Source: an uncultured archaeon (GTDB taxonomy: Archaea > Iainarchaeota > Iainarchaeia > Iainarchaeales > 0-14-0-20-30-16). Taken from it: a DNA stretch of 6,883 bases. Within the stretch, counting starts at the first letter, position 1, and every line of letters starts with the position of its first letter. The position numbers and the translations under genes were made by a program. A model generated the notes under the pieces. The model saw nothing but the letters and a program-made list of their open reading frames with translations, ran no database searches and was not told where the DNA came from. Below are positions 1-5,500 of the stretch, piece after piece. The stretch lies in the NCBI GenBank assembly GCA_964565125.1, contig CAZMCX010000042.1, forward strand, positions 1 through 6,883, written 5' to 3'.

Positions 1-1451
1 ATCTTCGTATTAACCTTTTGTTTTCTTAATAGATCTAAATTACTTGAGAACAAATCTCTTATGTCTTTTATTCCCAAATTAAACATTGCAAGCCTATCAA
101 TACCCAAACCCAAAGCAATTACTCTTCCTTTTATTCCCAGGGTTTCTGTAATCTCTGGTCTAAATATCCCCGCTCCACCAAATTCAACCCACCCAAGTTT
201 AGGATGCTTTGCTGAAAGCTGAACAGATGGTTCAGTGAAAGGATAATAATCTGGTAAAAACATTGTCTCTTCTGCACCTGCAACATCTTTTGCAAAAGTG
301 TCAAGCAAACCTAACAAGTGCTTAAATGAAATATTATCTCCAACAACAAACCCATCAAGCTGATTAAACTCACACAGGTGTGTTGCATCTACAACATCTG
401 GCCTATAAACTCTTGCTAAAGCAAAGTATTTTCCTTCTTTAACACCAGACGCCATTTTTCTTGCTGATCCTGCGGTTCCATGTGCCGCAGGCATTAGCTT
501 TCTTGCAACATCTATGTTCCAAGATCCGCCCCAGCCTTTTGATCCAGATACCCCCCCTTTTTCGTGGGCTTCTTTTACAAGCTTTGCAATTTTTTCGTCG
601 AATTCGCCTTTATGCTTCGTGTCCAAATTATAAGTATCTGTCCAGGTTCTTGCAGGATGATTCTGTGGTTGGTATAAAACATCAAAGTTGTAGAACTCAG
701 GAGTTACTAAAGGTGTTTCCATTTCTTGAAATCCCAATTCAACCATTTTTTGCTTTATTAAATCCAAAAATTCTAAGTATGGCTGCTTCTTTCCACCATA
801 ATATGGCTGAACATCTGAAACAACATCATATTTCTTAAACTTCAGTTTGCTTGTGTCCTGCTTTAAATGCTCTTTTTTTAAAACTGTTATTTCTTTTGTG
901 GTTTCTACTTCTTTGCCAACAACAAAATCTTTCTTTTTTGTTATGTAGTATTCAGTTTTATCAAAAGCATCAATTAACTTAGGGTAGGTTTTCAAAAACT
1001 CTATTTCTTCTTTCTCTAAGCCTTGCCCATCTTTTAATTTCCTAAGCAAGTTTCTATATTTCTTAAATTTATCAGAATCTATTTTTTTTGTTAATTTAAT
1101 CTTCTGTTCTCCGCCCAATACAAATGATAAATATCCGTTTTGTCTACCATATCCTAAAACAAACCCACTCTTCTGCCCAAGCTCTTTTTTGAATTCTTCC
1201 AAAGGCATCTCTTTTTTCAAAGTGTTAGCAATAAGTTCTTCCGGGAACTGTTCTTTAGAATAAACTCTGCCAAATTCGCCAAGCCTATACTGCTTTGAAA
1301 CTTCTTTTGAAACTTCAACATATTTTTCTTTTTCCAATTCAAACATTATACGCATTACCTGATCATATTTCAACCCAGATCTTAGTGCCAAGTTATGCAA
1401 AGATGTTTTTCCATTAAGTGCTGACATAAATTTAGTAATATTAGGATCCAT
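1..1451 (-). CDS. pheS: Phenylalanyl-tRNA synthetase alpha subunit, archaeal/eukaryal type (3' end of gene lies beyond the left window edge)
   Basis: Manual minus-strand translation from the ATG at 1451..1449 gives one uninterrupted frame to position 1 (483 codons + 2 nt). The catalytic half carries class II PheRS-alpha signatures: HEKGGVSGSKGWGGSW, AAHGTAGSARKM (the LRTHTxAVSAR region), motif 2 RVYRPDVVDATHLCEFNQLDGFVV, YYPFTEPSVQL, and motif 3 GLGIDRLAMFNLGIKDIRDL. It aligns from memory residue-for-residue with human FARSA and archaeal enzymes. The ~200-aa N-terminal extension (MDPNITKFMSALNGKTSLHNLALRSGLKYDQVMRIMFELEKEKYVEV...) is typical of archaeal/eukaryal alpha subunits. A GGTGGT SD-like motif lies at 1461..1456. 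Confidence 0.9.
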   Translation of the reverse strand, partial: MDPNITKFMSALNGKTSLHNLALRSGLKYDQVMRIMFELEKEKYVEVSKEVSKQYRLGEFGRVYSKEQFPEELIANTLKKEMPLEEFKKELGQKSGFVLGYGRQNGYLSFVLGGEQKIKLTKKIDSDKFKKYRNLLRKLKDGQGLEKEEIEFLKTYPKLIDAFDKTEYYITKKKDFVVGKEVETTKEITVLKKEHLKQDTSKLKFKKYDVVSDVQPYYGGKKQPYLEFLDLIKQKMVELGFQEMETPLVTPEFYNFDVLYQPQNHPARTWTDTYNLDTKHKGEFDEKIAKLVKEAHEKGGVSGSKGWGGSWNIDVARKLMPAAHGTAGSARKMASGVKEGKYFALARVYRPDVVDATHLCEFNQLDGFVVGDNISFKHLLGLLDTFAKDVAGAEETMFLPDYYPFTEPSVQLSAKHPKLGWVEFGGAGIFRPEITETLGIKGRVIALGLGIDRLAMFNLGIKDIRDLFSSNLDLLRKQKVNTK

Positions 1452-1516
1452 TCCTACCACCCTTACTTTCATTGTTATACAATAATATATATATTTTTAA
1501 TAACTATTATATAATT
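1452..1516. promoter_or_regulatory. Divergent promoter region between pheS and cls with a central (AT)5 TATA-like element (1485-1494)
   Basis: The 65-nt spacer is very AT-rich. The palindromic atatatatat at 1485-1494 is centred about 27 nt upstream of the cls ATG (1517), which fits a leaderless transcript. It is also about 27 nt from a putative minus-strand TSS near 1463, which would leave a ~12-nt pheS leader containing GGTGGT. No transcription data are available. Confidence 0.35.
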
Positions 1517-2947
1517 ATGGATTTGTGGAACATCATCATTTTACTCTATTTCATAATCTATGTTCCAGTTATAATTCTTGTTATTCTCTTAGAAAACAAA
1601 GACCCCGCATCAACAATTCTTTGGCTTCTAGTAGTAATTTGTCTTCCAATCATAGGCCTTATTTTTTATTTTTATGGGGGAAAGAGATACAGTACAGTAA
1701 AAATTCGATTAAAAATGTTTAAAAAGAAGTACAGGCAAAAAAGAGAAAAACTAATTTTTGAACAGCAAAGGCTTCTAAAAAACAACTTTTACAACAAAAA
1801 TGACCAAGTTGCGGGGATATTAAATACTGCACTTCATGGCGGATTCCCATACTCCACAAACAATAAAACAAATATACTAATTGATGGAAAAGACACTTTT
1901 TACGAGATAATCAAAGAATTAAAAAAAGCAAAACATCACATACACATTGAAATGCACATTCTAAAGTTTGAATCAGAAATTGGAAAAGAAATTAAACAAG
2001 TCTTAATAGATAAAGCAAAAGACGGAGTAAAAATTAGAATCGTTTATGATGGGATAGTAACTCAAATAAAAAACAAAGATAAAAAAGACCTAAAAAAAGC
2101 AAAGATTGAAATTAAGGCATTATATCCTTGGCACGTTTCTTTACTAAAAAGCCGGATAAACCACAGAACCCACAGAAAAATAATAATTATTGATGGAAAT
2201 ATAGGGTTTACTGGCGGCATAAATGTAGGTGACGAGTACATACATGGCCGCCCAGAATTAGGAAAATGGCATGATGTTCACCTAAAGATAGAAGGCAATG
2301 CAGTATATACTATACAAACCATATTCCTATCCACTTGGTTTTTTTTAACAAAACAACTAATTACTGGTAAAGAATACTTCCCACAACAAAAGATTATTGG
2401 AAATGAACTAGTTTCTGTTGTTGCATCAGGCCCAGATTATAAAATTCCAAACATTCATTTTGCTTATTTCAATATAATAACTTCTGCAAAAAATTATTTG
2501 TACATTATGGTTCCATATTTTACCCCAGACAAGGCAATATTAACTGCATTAATTACCGCAGCAATGAAAGGAATAGATATCAGGATACTGCTACCAAGAA
2601 TGGGTGATACCCCTTTTGTTTGGCCTGCAGCAAGAACTAATTTTGGCAAATTACTAAAAGCAGGAATCAAAATATATTATTATAATGGATTTACTCATGG
2701 CAAGGTTTTATTAACAAGAAACATAATATCTATTGGCAGTTGCAATATTGAGCCAAGAGGATTCTTTAATGATTTTGAAATGAATGCAATGATTTTCAAT
2801 AACCCTGAAAAAGAAAAACAAATGAAAGAATTATTTGAAAGGGATTTTAAAAACAGCAAAGAAGTTATTCTTACAGAATTCAAAAAAAGACCATTAATGA
2901 TGAAACTAAAAGAATCACTATGTAGATTATTTTATCCATTTTTATAG
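1517..2947 (+). CDS. cls: Cardiolipin synthase / phospholipase D family phosphatidyltransferase (two HKD motifs, N-terminal transmembrane helices)
   Basis: The track ORF is 1472-2947; I prefer the ATG at 1517 (MDLWNIIILLYFIIYVPVIILVILLENKDPASTILWLLVVICLPIIGLIFYFYGG), which is the typical Cls two-helix N-terminus. The first HKD motif is canonical: HRKIIIIDGNIGFTGGINVGDEY (2171-2239). The second is HGKVLLTRNIISIGSCNIEPRGF (2696-2764). Length and architecture match ClsA-type enzymes. Confidence 0.85.
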   Translation: MDLWNIIILLYFIIYVPVIILVILLENKDPASTILWLLVVICLPIIGLIFYFYGGKRYSTVKIRLKMFKKKYRQKREKLIFEQQRLLKNNFYNKNDQVAGILNTALHGGFPYSTNNKTNILIDGKDTFYEIIKELKKAKHHIHIEMHILKFESEIGKEIKQVLIDKAKDGVKIRIVYDGIVTQIKNKDKKDLKKAKIEIKALYPWHVSLLKSRINHRTHRKIIIIDGNIGFTGGINVGDEYIHGRPELGKWHDVHLKIEGNAVYTIQTIFLSTWFFLTKQLITGKEYFPQQKIIGNELVSVVASGPDYKIPNIHFAYFNIITSAKNYLYIMVPYFTPDKAILTALITAAMKGIDIRILLPRMGDTPFVWPAARTNFGKLLKAGIKIYYYNGFTHGKVLLTRNIISIGSCNIEPRGFFNDFEMNAMIFNNPEKEKQMKELFERDFKNSKEVILTEFKKRPLMMKLKESLCRLFYPFL

Positions 2948-2970
2948 GGGGGATTGAGATAAATTTTTTA

Positions 2971-3456
2971 TTGCAAAAAGAAGAAAAGGTAATTTCAGAG
3001 TTTAGACCACAAAAGCAAATGATCTATATGAATATTGCAAAAATGGTTTTGTTGGCAGTATTATTATTTTTATTATTCTTGCCAAGCATGCTATCCTCAA
3101 AAACACCAGATTCCATGTACCTAACTCTATGGATAGTTTATGCAATAATTATTGCGTGGGGGATAATAGCATCTGTCCTAAAATACAGTAAAGAGTATTA
3201 TTGGATAACAGATAAAAGGTTAGTAATAAAAAAAGGATATTTGGGATATAGTATAATTTCAATCCCTTACTCAAAGATTTCTGATTTAATGATATCACGA
3301 AACTTTCTAGAGCAGATTTTCAAAGTGGGTTCTATTTACATTCAAACTCTTGCTGGCCAAATAAGCGGAAAGAACAAAAGAGGTGCAGAAGGGTATTTAG
3401 CAGCAATAAATAATCCTGAAGAAATCCAAGAGTTGATTTTTAAACAAATAAAATAG
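2971..3456 (+). CDS. Membrane protein with bacterial-type PH domain (bPH_2 / YdbS-like, DUF304)
   Basis: The N-terminal EEKVISEFRPQK is followed by two hydrophobic helices (MVLLAVLLFLLFLPSML; LWIVYAIIIAWGIIASVL). Then comes YWITDKRLVIKKGYLGYSIISIPYSKISDLMISRNFLEQIFKVGSIYIQT, the characteristic bPH_2 pattern. The start is taken as TTG 2971 because the family-typical 'ExxxxxxRP' N-terminus precedes the first ATG (3019). The exact start is uncertain. Confidence 0.75.
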   Translation: MQKEEKVISEFRPQKQMIYMNIAKMVLLAVLLFLLFLPSMLSSKTPDSMYLTLWIVYAIIIAWGIIASVLKYSKEYYWITDKRLVIKKGYLGYSIISIPYSKISDLMISRNFLEQIFKVGSIYIQTLAGQISGKNKRGAEGYLAAINNPEEIQELIFKQIK

Positions 3457-3466
3457 GCGTGGTAAA

Positions 3467-4030
3467 ATGAATACTTTAGTAATAGATGTAGAGACCTCGG
3501 GCTTGATCCCAAAAGAAAATGCAATCACATCCATCACTCTTAAAGTCTTTGGAAAAGATATCCACAACACCATCTTTATAAAACCACAAAAAGAGCTTTT
3601 TTATGATCCAAGAGCAATGCAGATAACTGGCATATCCATGGCATACTTAGAGCAAGAAGGGGTAGACGAAATAACAGCAATAAAGAAAACAATTACTTTC
3701 ATAAACGACAATTTCGAAAGAAAGCCTTATGTTCTTGGTCACAATGTAGAATTCGATGTAAACTTCATAAACGAAATGTTCAAAAGAAGAACCAATAATT
3801 TGCTTTTCACAGACAAGATTCATTGCCACAGAAAAGACACAATGTATAACACCCTTTTCTTAAAAGATTCTGGGCTTTCAAACATAGAAAGCCTGAGCTT
3901 AGGTAGTTGTTACTCCCATTTCTGCGGGCTGACACCAAAGGATGCACATTCTTCATATGGTGATGTTTTAATGACTGAAGAGATCTATAAGAAGCAGATG
4001 AAATTAATTGGGGGCAATAGGGATGCCTGA
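3467..4030 (+). CDS. DEDDh-type 3'-5' exonuclease (DnaQ/epsilon-like, RNase T superfamily)
   Basis: Exo I is LVIDVETSGL, Exo II is LGHNVEFDVNFINEMF, and Exo III is AHSSYGDVLMTEEIY (H-x4-D, the DEDDh subtype). The 187-aa length is typical of standalone DnaQ-like exonucleases. A GTGGT SD-like motif lies 4-8 nt upstream of the ATG at 3467. Confidence 0.8.
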   Translation: MNTLVIDVETSGLIPKENAITSITLKVFGKDIHNTIFIKPQKELFYDPRAMQITGISMAYLEQEGVDEITAIKKTITFINDNFERKPYVLGHNVEFDVNFINEMFKRRTNNLLFTDKIHCHRKDTMYNTLFLKDSGLSNIESLSLGSCYSHFCGLTPKDAHSSYGDVLMTEEIYKKQMKLIGGNRDA

Positions 4031-4760
4031 ACCCAGAAAGCCAGTTACAAGAGTTGCAAGAAAAAGCCCATTCTTGAATGAGGGGATTAGAAAAGCACAC
4101 AAACTTTTAAAATTAAGATTATTAAAAGGAAGAAAAGCAGAAATCACAAGAAAAAACAATTTAATAGGCAGACAAAGAGATAAAGAACCTCAAATTCGAA
4201 TTTGGACTATGGATCGCCACCTATTAGGGGATGAATCCTCAAGATATAATTTTTTTAGATATTCTACACACCCTTTCTTAAAACATTTAAAACCAAAAAT
4301 AAAAATCGATATTTCAAAGATAATAAAAGGTCTATTAAAACGAAAACGAAAAGTTAGGGTTTTAGATGTTGGCACGGGGCACGGAAATTTTCTTGCTGAC
4401 TTAAGACATAAATTTAGAGATAAAGTTGAACTGCATGCAATAAGCTTAGGAACTTCTATAGACCTGCAAAAAAAACTTGATTCTAGACAAATAGATAAAG
4501 TCTACAATGTTTCAATAGAATCTTTTCTCCCTAAGCAAGAGTATGATTTTATAACTTCATATTACGGTGGATTATGGTATACCCCGCACCCAGTTGTTTC
4601 CCTTTTAAAAGTTACACACTCTTTAAGTATTGGCGGTATTGCTTTAATAAAAGCCGGCCGTGATGTTAACTTTAAAGTAATAAAGCCCTATTTAGAAAAA
4701 AGGGGATTTGAGTTTAAATGGCTATCTCCAGGTCAATTCCAAATCACAAGAATAAAATAA
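4023..4760 (+). CDS. Class I SAM-dependent methyltransferase with ~110-aa Lys/Arg-rich N-terminal extension
   Basis: Motif I is VRVLDVGTGHGNFLADL, followed by ELHAISL, YDFITSYYG and LSIGGIALI, the Rossmann-fold MTase strand order. The preferred start is ATG 4023, preceded by GGGGG at 4010-4014 and overlapping the upstream stop as ATGCCTGA. The track's TTG at 4008 is less likely. An alternative internal start is ATG 4209. The substrate cannot be called from the sequence. Confidence 0.7.
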   Translation: MPEPRKPVTRVARKSPFLNEGIRKAHKLLKLRLLKGRKAEITRKNNLIGRQRDKEPQIRIWTMDRHLLGDESSRYNFFRYSTHPFLKHLKPKIKIDISKIIKGLLKRKRKVRVLDVGTGHGNFLADLRHKFRDKVELHAISLGTSIDLQKKLDSRQIDKVYNVSIESFLPKQEYDFITSYYGGLWYTPHPVVSLLKVTHSLSIGGIALIKAGRDVNFKVIKPYLEKRGFEFKWLSPGQFQITRIK

Positions 4761-4765
4761 TCTAA

Positions 4766-4942
4766 AGATACTTTTCAATTATCCAGTCGATATCTTCTTT
4801 TGCTATTGGCATATTTAACAAGACGGAGCTAATTGCCTCAAAAAAATTCTGTGAAAAACTTGGTTTTATTTATCAAGAAGAAATAATAAATAAAAATAAT
4901 TTCAAGTGGGGAATATACAAAAAAACATTAAATCTAAACTAA
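4766..4942 (+). pseudogene. Start-less C-terminal remnant of a GNAT-family N-acetyltransferase
   Basis: This is a 58-codon open frame from the TAA at 4763-4765 to the TAA at 4940-4942, with no ATG/GTG/TTG in frame. It translates as RYFSIIQSISSFAIGIFNKTELIASKKFCEKLGFIYQEEIINKNNFKWGIYKKTLNLN. The stretch N-x5-A-x2-F-x-EKLGF followed by a short beta-hairpin tail ending K-x-L matches the C-terminal GNAT signature (N..A..lYeKlGF). The acetyl-CoA-binding motif A and everything N-terminal to it are absent. Confidence 0.4.
4919..4925 (-). terminator. Oligo-T (T7) tract, candidate archaeal intrinsic terminator for the hjc-like gene
   Basis: The minus strand reads TTTTTTT starting 13 nt after the TAG stop at 4941..4939. 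Archaeal RNAP terminates at T-runs of five or more. This is sequence context only. Confidence 0.3.
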
Positions 4943-5361
4943 TACCAGATAGTATATTTTTCTATAGTTGATAATACTTTCAGTTTTCCAGTTACCTTAT
5001 TCTCGCCTTTGCTTACAAAGAATACCTTGCCATTATTGGCTTTGAAGATTAAAACCCATTCCTTCCTCGGAGATTCTTCTTCTACCTGCTCAATCCATTC
5101 CCAGAACTTGGATTTTTTATTTGCTAGATCTTCCATACTAATTCTGTCCTTTGTTGCCTTACATTCAATTATAATTCCCTTGTATTCTAGATTTTCAGTT
5201 AAAATATCTCCTTGAAATGATTCAATTCCTTGTTTTGTGAATCTAGCACCAGAGCTTACTCCTACTCTATACCATTCCGCGCCAGTAATCTTTGTCAAGG
5301 CTTTAGAAACTTCAAGTTCAAACCTATTACCCTTCTTTTTACTATTTAATCTTTTAGCCAT
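4939..5361 (-). CDS. hjc: Hjc-like Holliday junction resolvase / minimal PD-(D/E)xK nuclease
   Basis: The pattern is KKKGNRFE(18)LEVSKAL...RVGVSSG...QGD(55)ILTENLEYKGIIIE(69)CK(71)ATK, numbered as in the ORF track. It reproduces the Hjc catalytic arrangement (KG-x3-E ... SG ... D ... E-x-K) and the spacing recalled for Sulfolobus Hjc (E12/D42/E55/K57). The C-terminal helix and WVLIFKANNGKVFFV strands also fit. I prefer ATG 5361 as the start, because the track's GTG at 5370 lies inside a GTGAT SD-like motif 4 nt upstream of that ATG. Confidence 0.65.
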   Translation of the reverse strand: MAKRLNSKKKGNRFELEVSKALTKITGAEWYRVGVSSGARFTKQGIESFQGDILTENLEYKGIIIECKATKDRISMEDLANKKSKFWEWIEQVEEESPRKEWVLIFKANNGKVFFVSKGENKVTGKLKVLSTIEKYTIWY

Positions 5362-5365
5362 AAAA

Positions 5366-5428
5366 ATCACTTTAACACATAGAGTGATAAGGATTAACCT
5401 GTTTTTCCCTACCTAGATGTTCCTTATC
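5366..5428 (-). promoter_or_regulatory. Two overlapping, mutually exclusive hairpins in the putative 5' leader of the hjc-like gene; the proximal one pairs with the SD-like GTGAT
   Basis: The minus strand reads GATAAGGA-(27 nt)-TCCTTATC, an 8-bp stem pairing 5428..5421 with 5393..5386. It also reads ATCACT-(11 nt)-AGTGAT, a 6-bp stem pairing 5388..5383 with 5371..5366. The two stems share ATC (5388..5386). AGTGAT contains the SD-like GTGAT, followed by TTTT and the ATG. A function has not been shown. Confidence 0.25.
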
Positions 5429-5500
5429 TTTCTTTTTATCCACTTTTTGTCTTTGACACAATTTAATCTTAACTACAACAGGTCCATTTCCTTACTCACT

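Noticed and set aside
551-557. C7 (G7 on the coding strand) homopolymer inside pheS, suspected at first to be a frameshift or pseudogene site
   Set aside because: A careful recount shows seven residues. The frame reads through as ...HEKGGVSGSKGWGGSWNID... with conserved PheRS motifs on both sides. pheS is missing from the ORF track only because it has no stop codon inside the window.
461-838. Track ORF, 125 aa, plus strand (MLILRFHVPQALAFLQHLCS...)
   Set aside because: It lies entirely antisense to the well-supported pheS frame. The sequence is low-complexity and Leu/Phe/Ile-rich with no recognisable motif, so it is a typical shadow ORF.
1472-1516. TTG start at 1472 adding MLYNNIYIFNNYYII to the cardiolipin synthase; also track ORF 1525-1722 (+)
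   Set aside because: The extension is pure AT-rich promoter-like sequence containing the (AT)5 element, and ATG 1517 begins directly at the canonical Cls membrane helix. ORF 1525-1722 is an alternate frame inside cls with no motifs.
1517-2947. PLD-family protein considered as a Nuc/BfiI-like nuclease effector of a defence system
   Set aside because: It has two HKD motifs in one ~476-aa chain, two N-terminal transmembrane helices and ClsA-like inter-motif sequence. These fit a lipid phosphatidyltransferase, not the short single-HKD soluble nucleases.
2964-2969. T6 run between cls and the bPH gene as a possible archaeal terminator
   Set aside because: It ends 1 nt before the proposed TTG start of the next gene in a 23-nt spacer. 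It cannot be distinguished from ordinary AT-rich spacer, and the genes look co-transcribed.
2695-3829. Track minus-strand ORFs 2695-2883, 3342-3524 and 3647-3829 (60-62 aa each)
   Set aside because: Each is antisense to a motif-supported plus-strand gene (cls, bPH_2/exonuclease, exonuclease). They are just above the length cutoff and have no recognisable features.
3807-4100. Track ORF, 97 aa, minus strand, Cys-rich (…CNSCNWLSGFRHPYCPQL…CLFCGNESCL), spanning the exonuclease/methyltransferase junction
   Set aside because: The Cys spacing does not form a recognisable zinc-ribbon pattern (CxxC pairs at appropriate distance). It is antisense to two genes whose frames carry strong catalytic motifs. 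An antisense-encoded small protein cannot be excluded without expression data.
4190-4375. Track ORF, 61 aa, minus strand
   Set aside because: It is antisense to the methyltransferase, a low-complexity Phe/Ile/Arg-rich shadow ORF.
4765-4800. AAGATA-N20-TATCTT inverted repeat followed by CTTTTG after the methyltransferase stop, considered as a terminator hairpin
   Set aside because: The stem is only 6 bp and AT-rich with a 20-nt loop and a 4-T tail, which is within chance expectation for this composition. It also lies inside the GNAT remnant frame.
5362-5370. GTG start at 5370 adding MIF to the hjc-like protein
   Set aside because: The GTG is part of a GTGAT Shine-Dalgarno-like motif placed 4 nt before ATG 5361, and Hjc-type proteins begin close to the basic KKKG segment.
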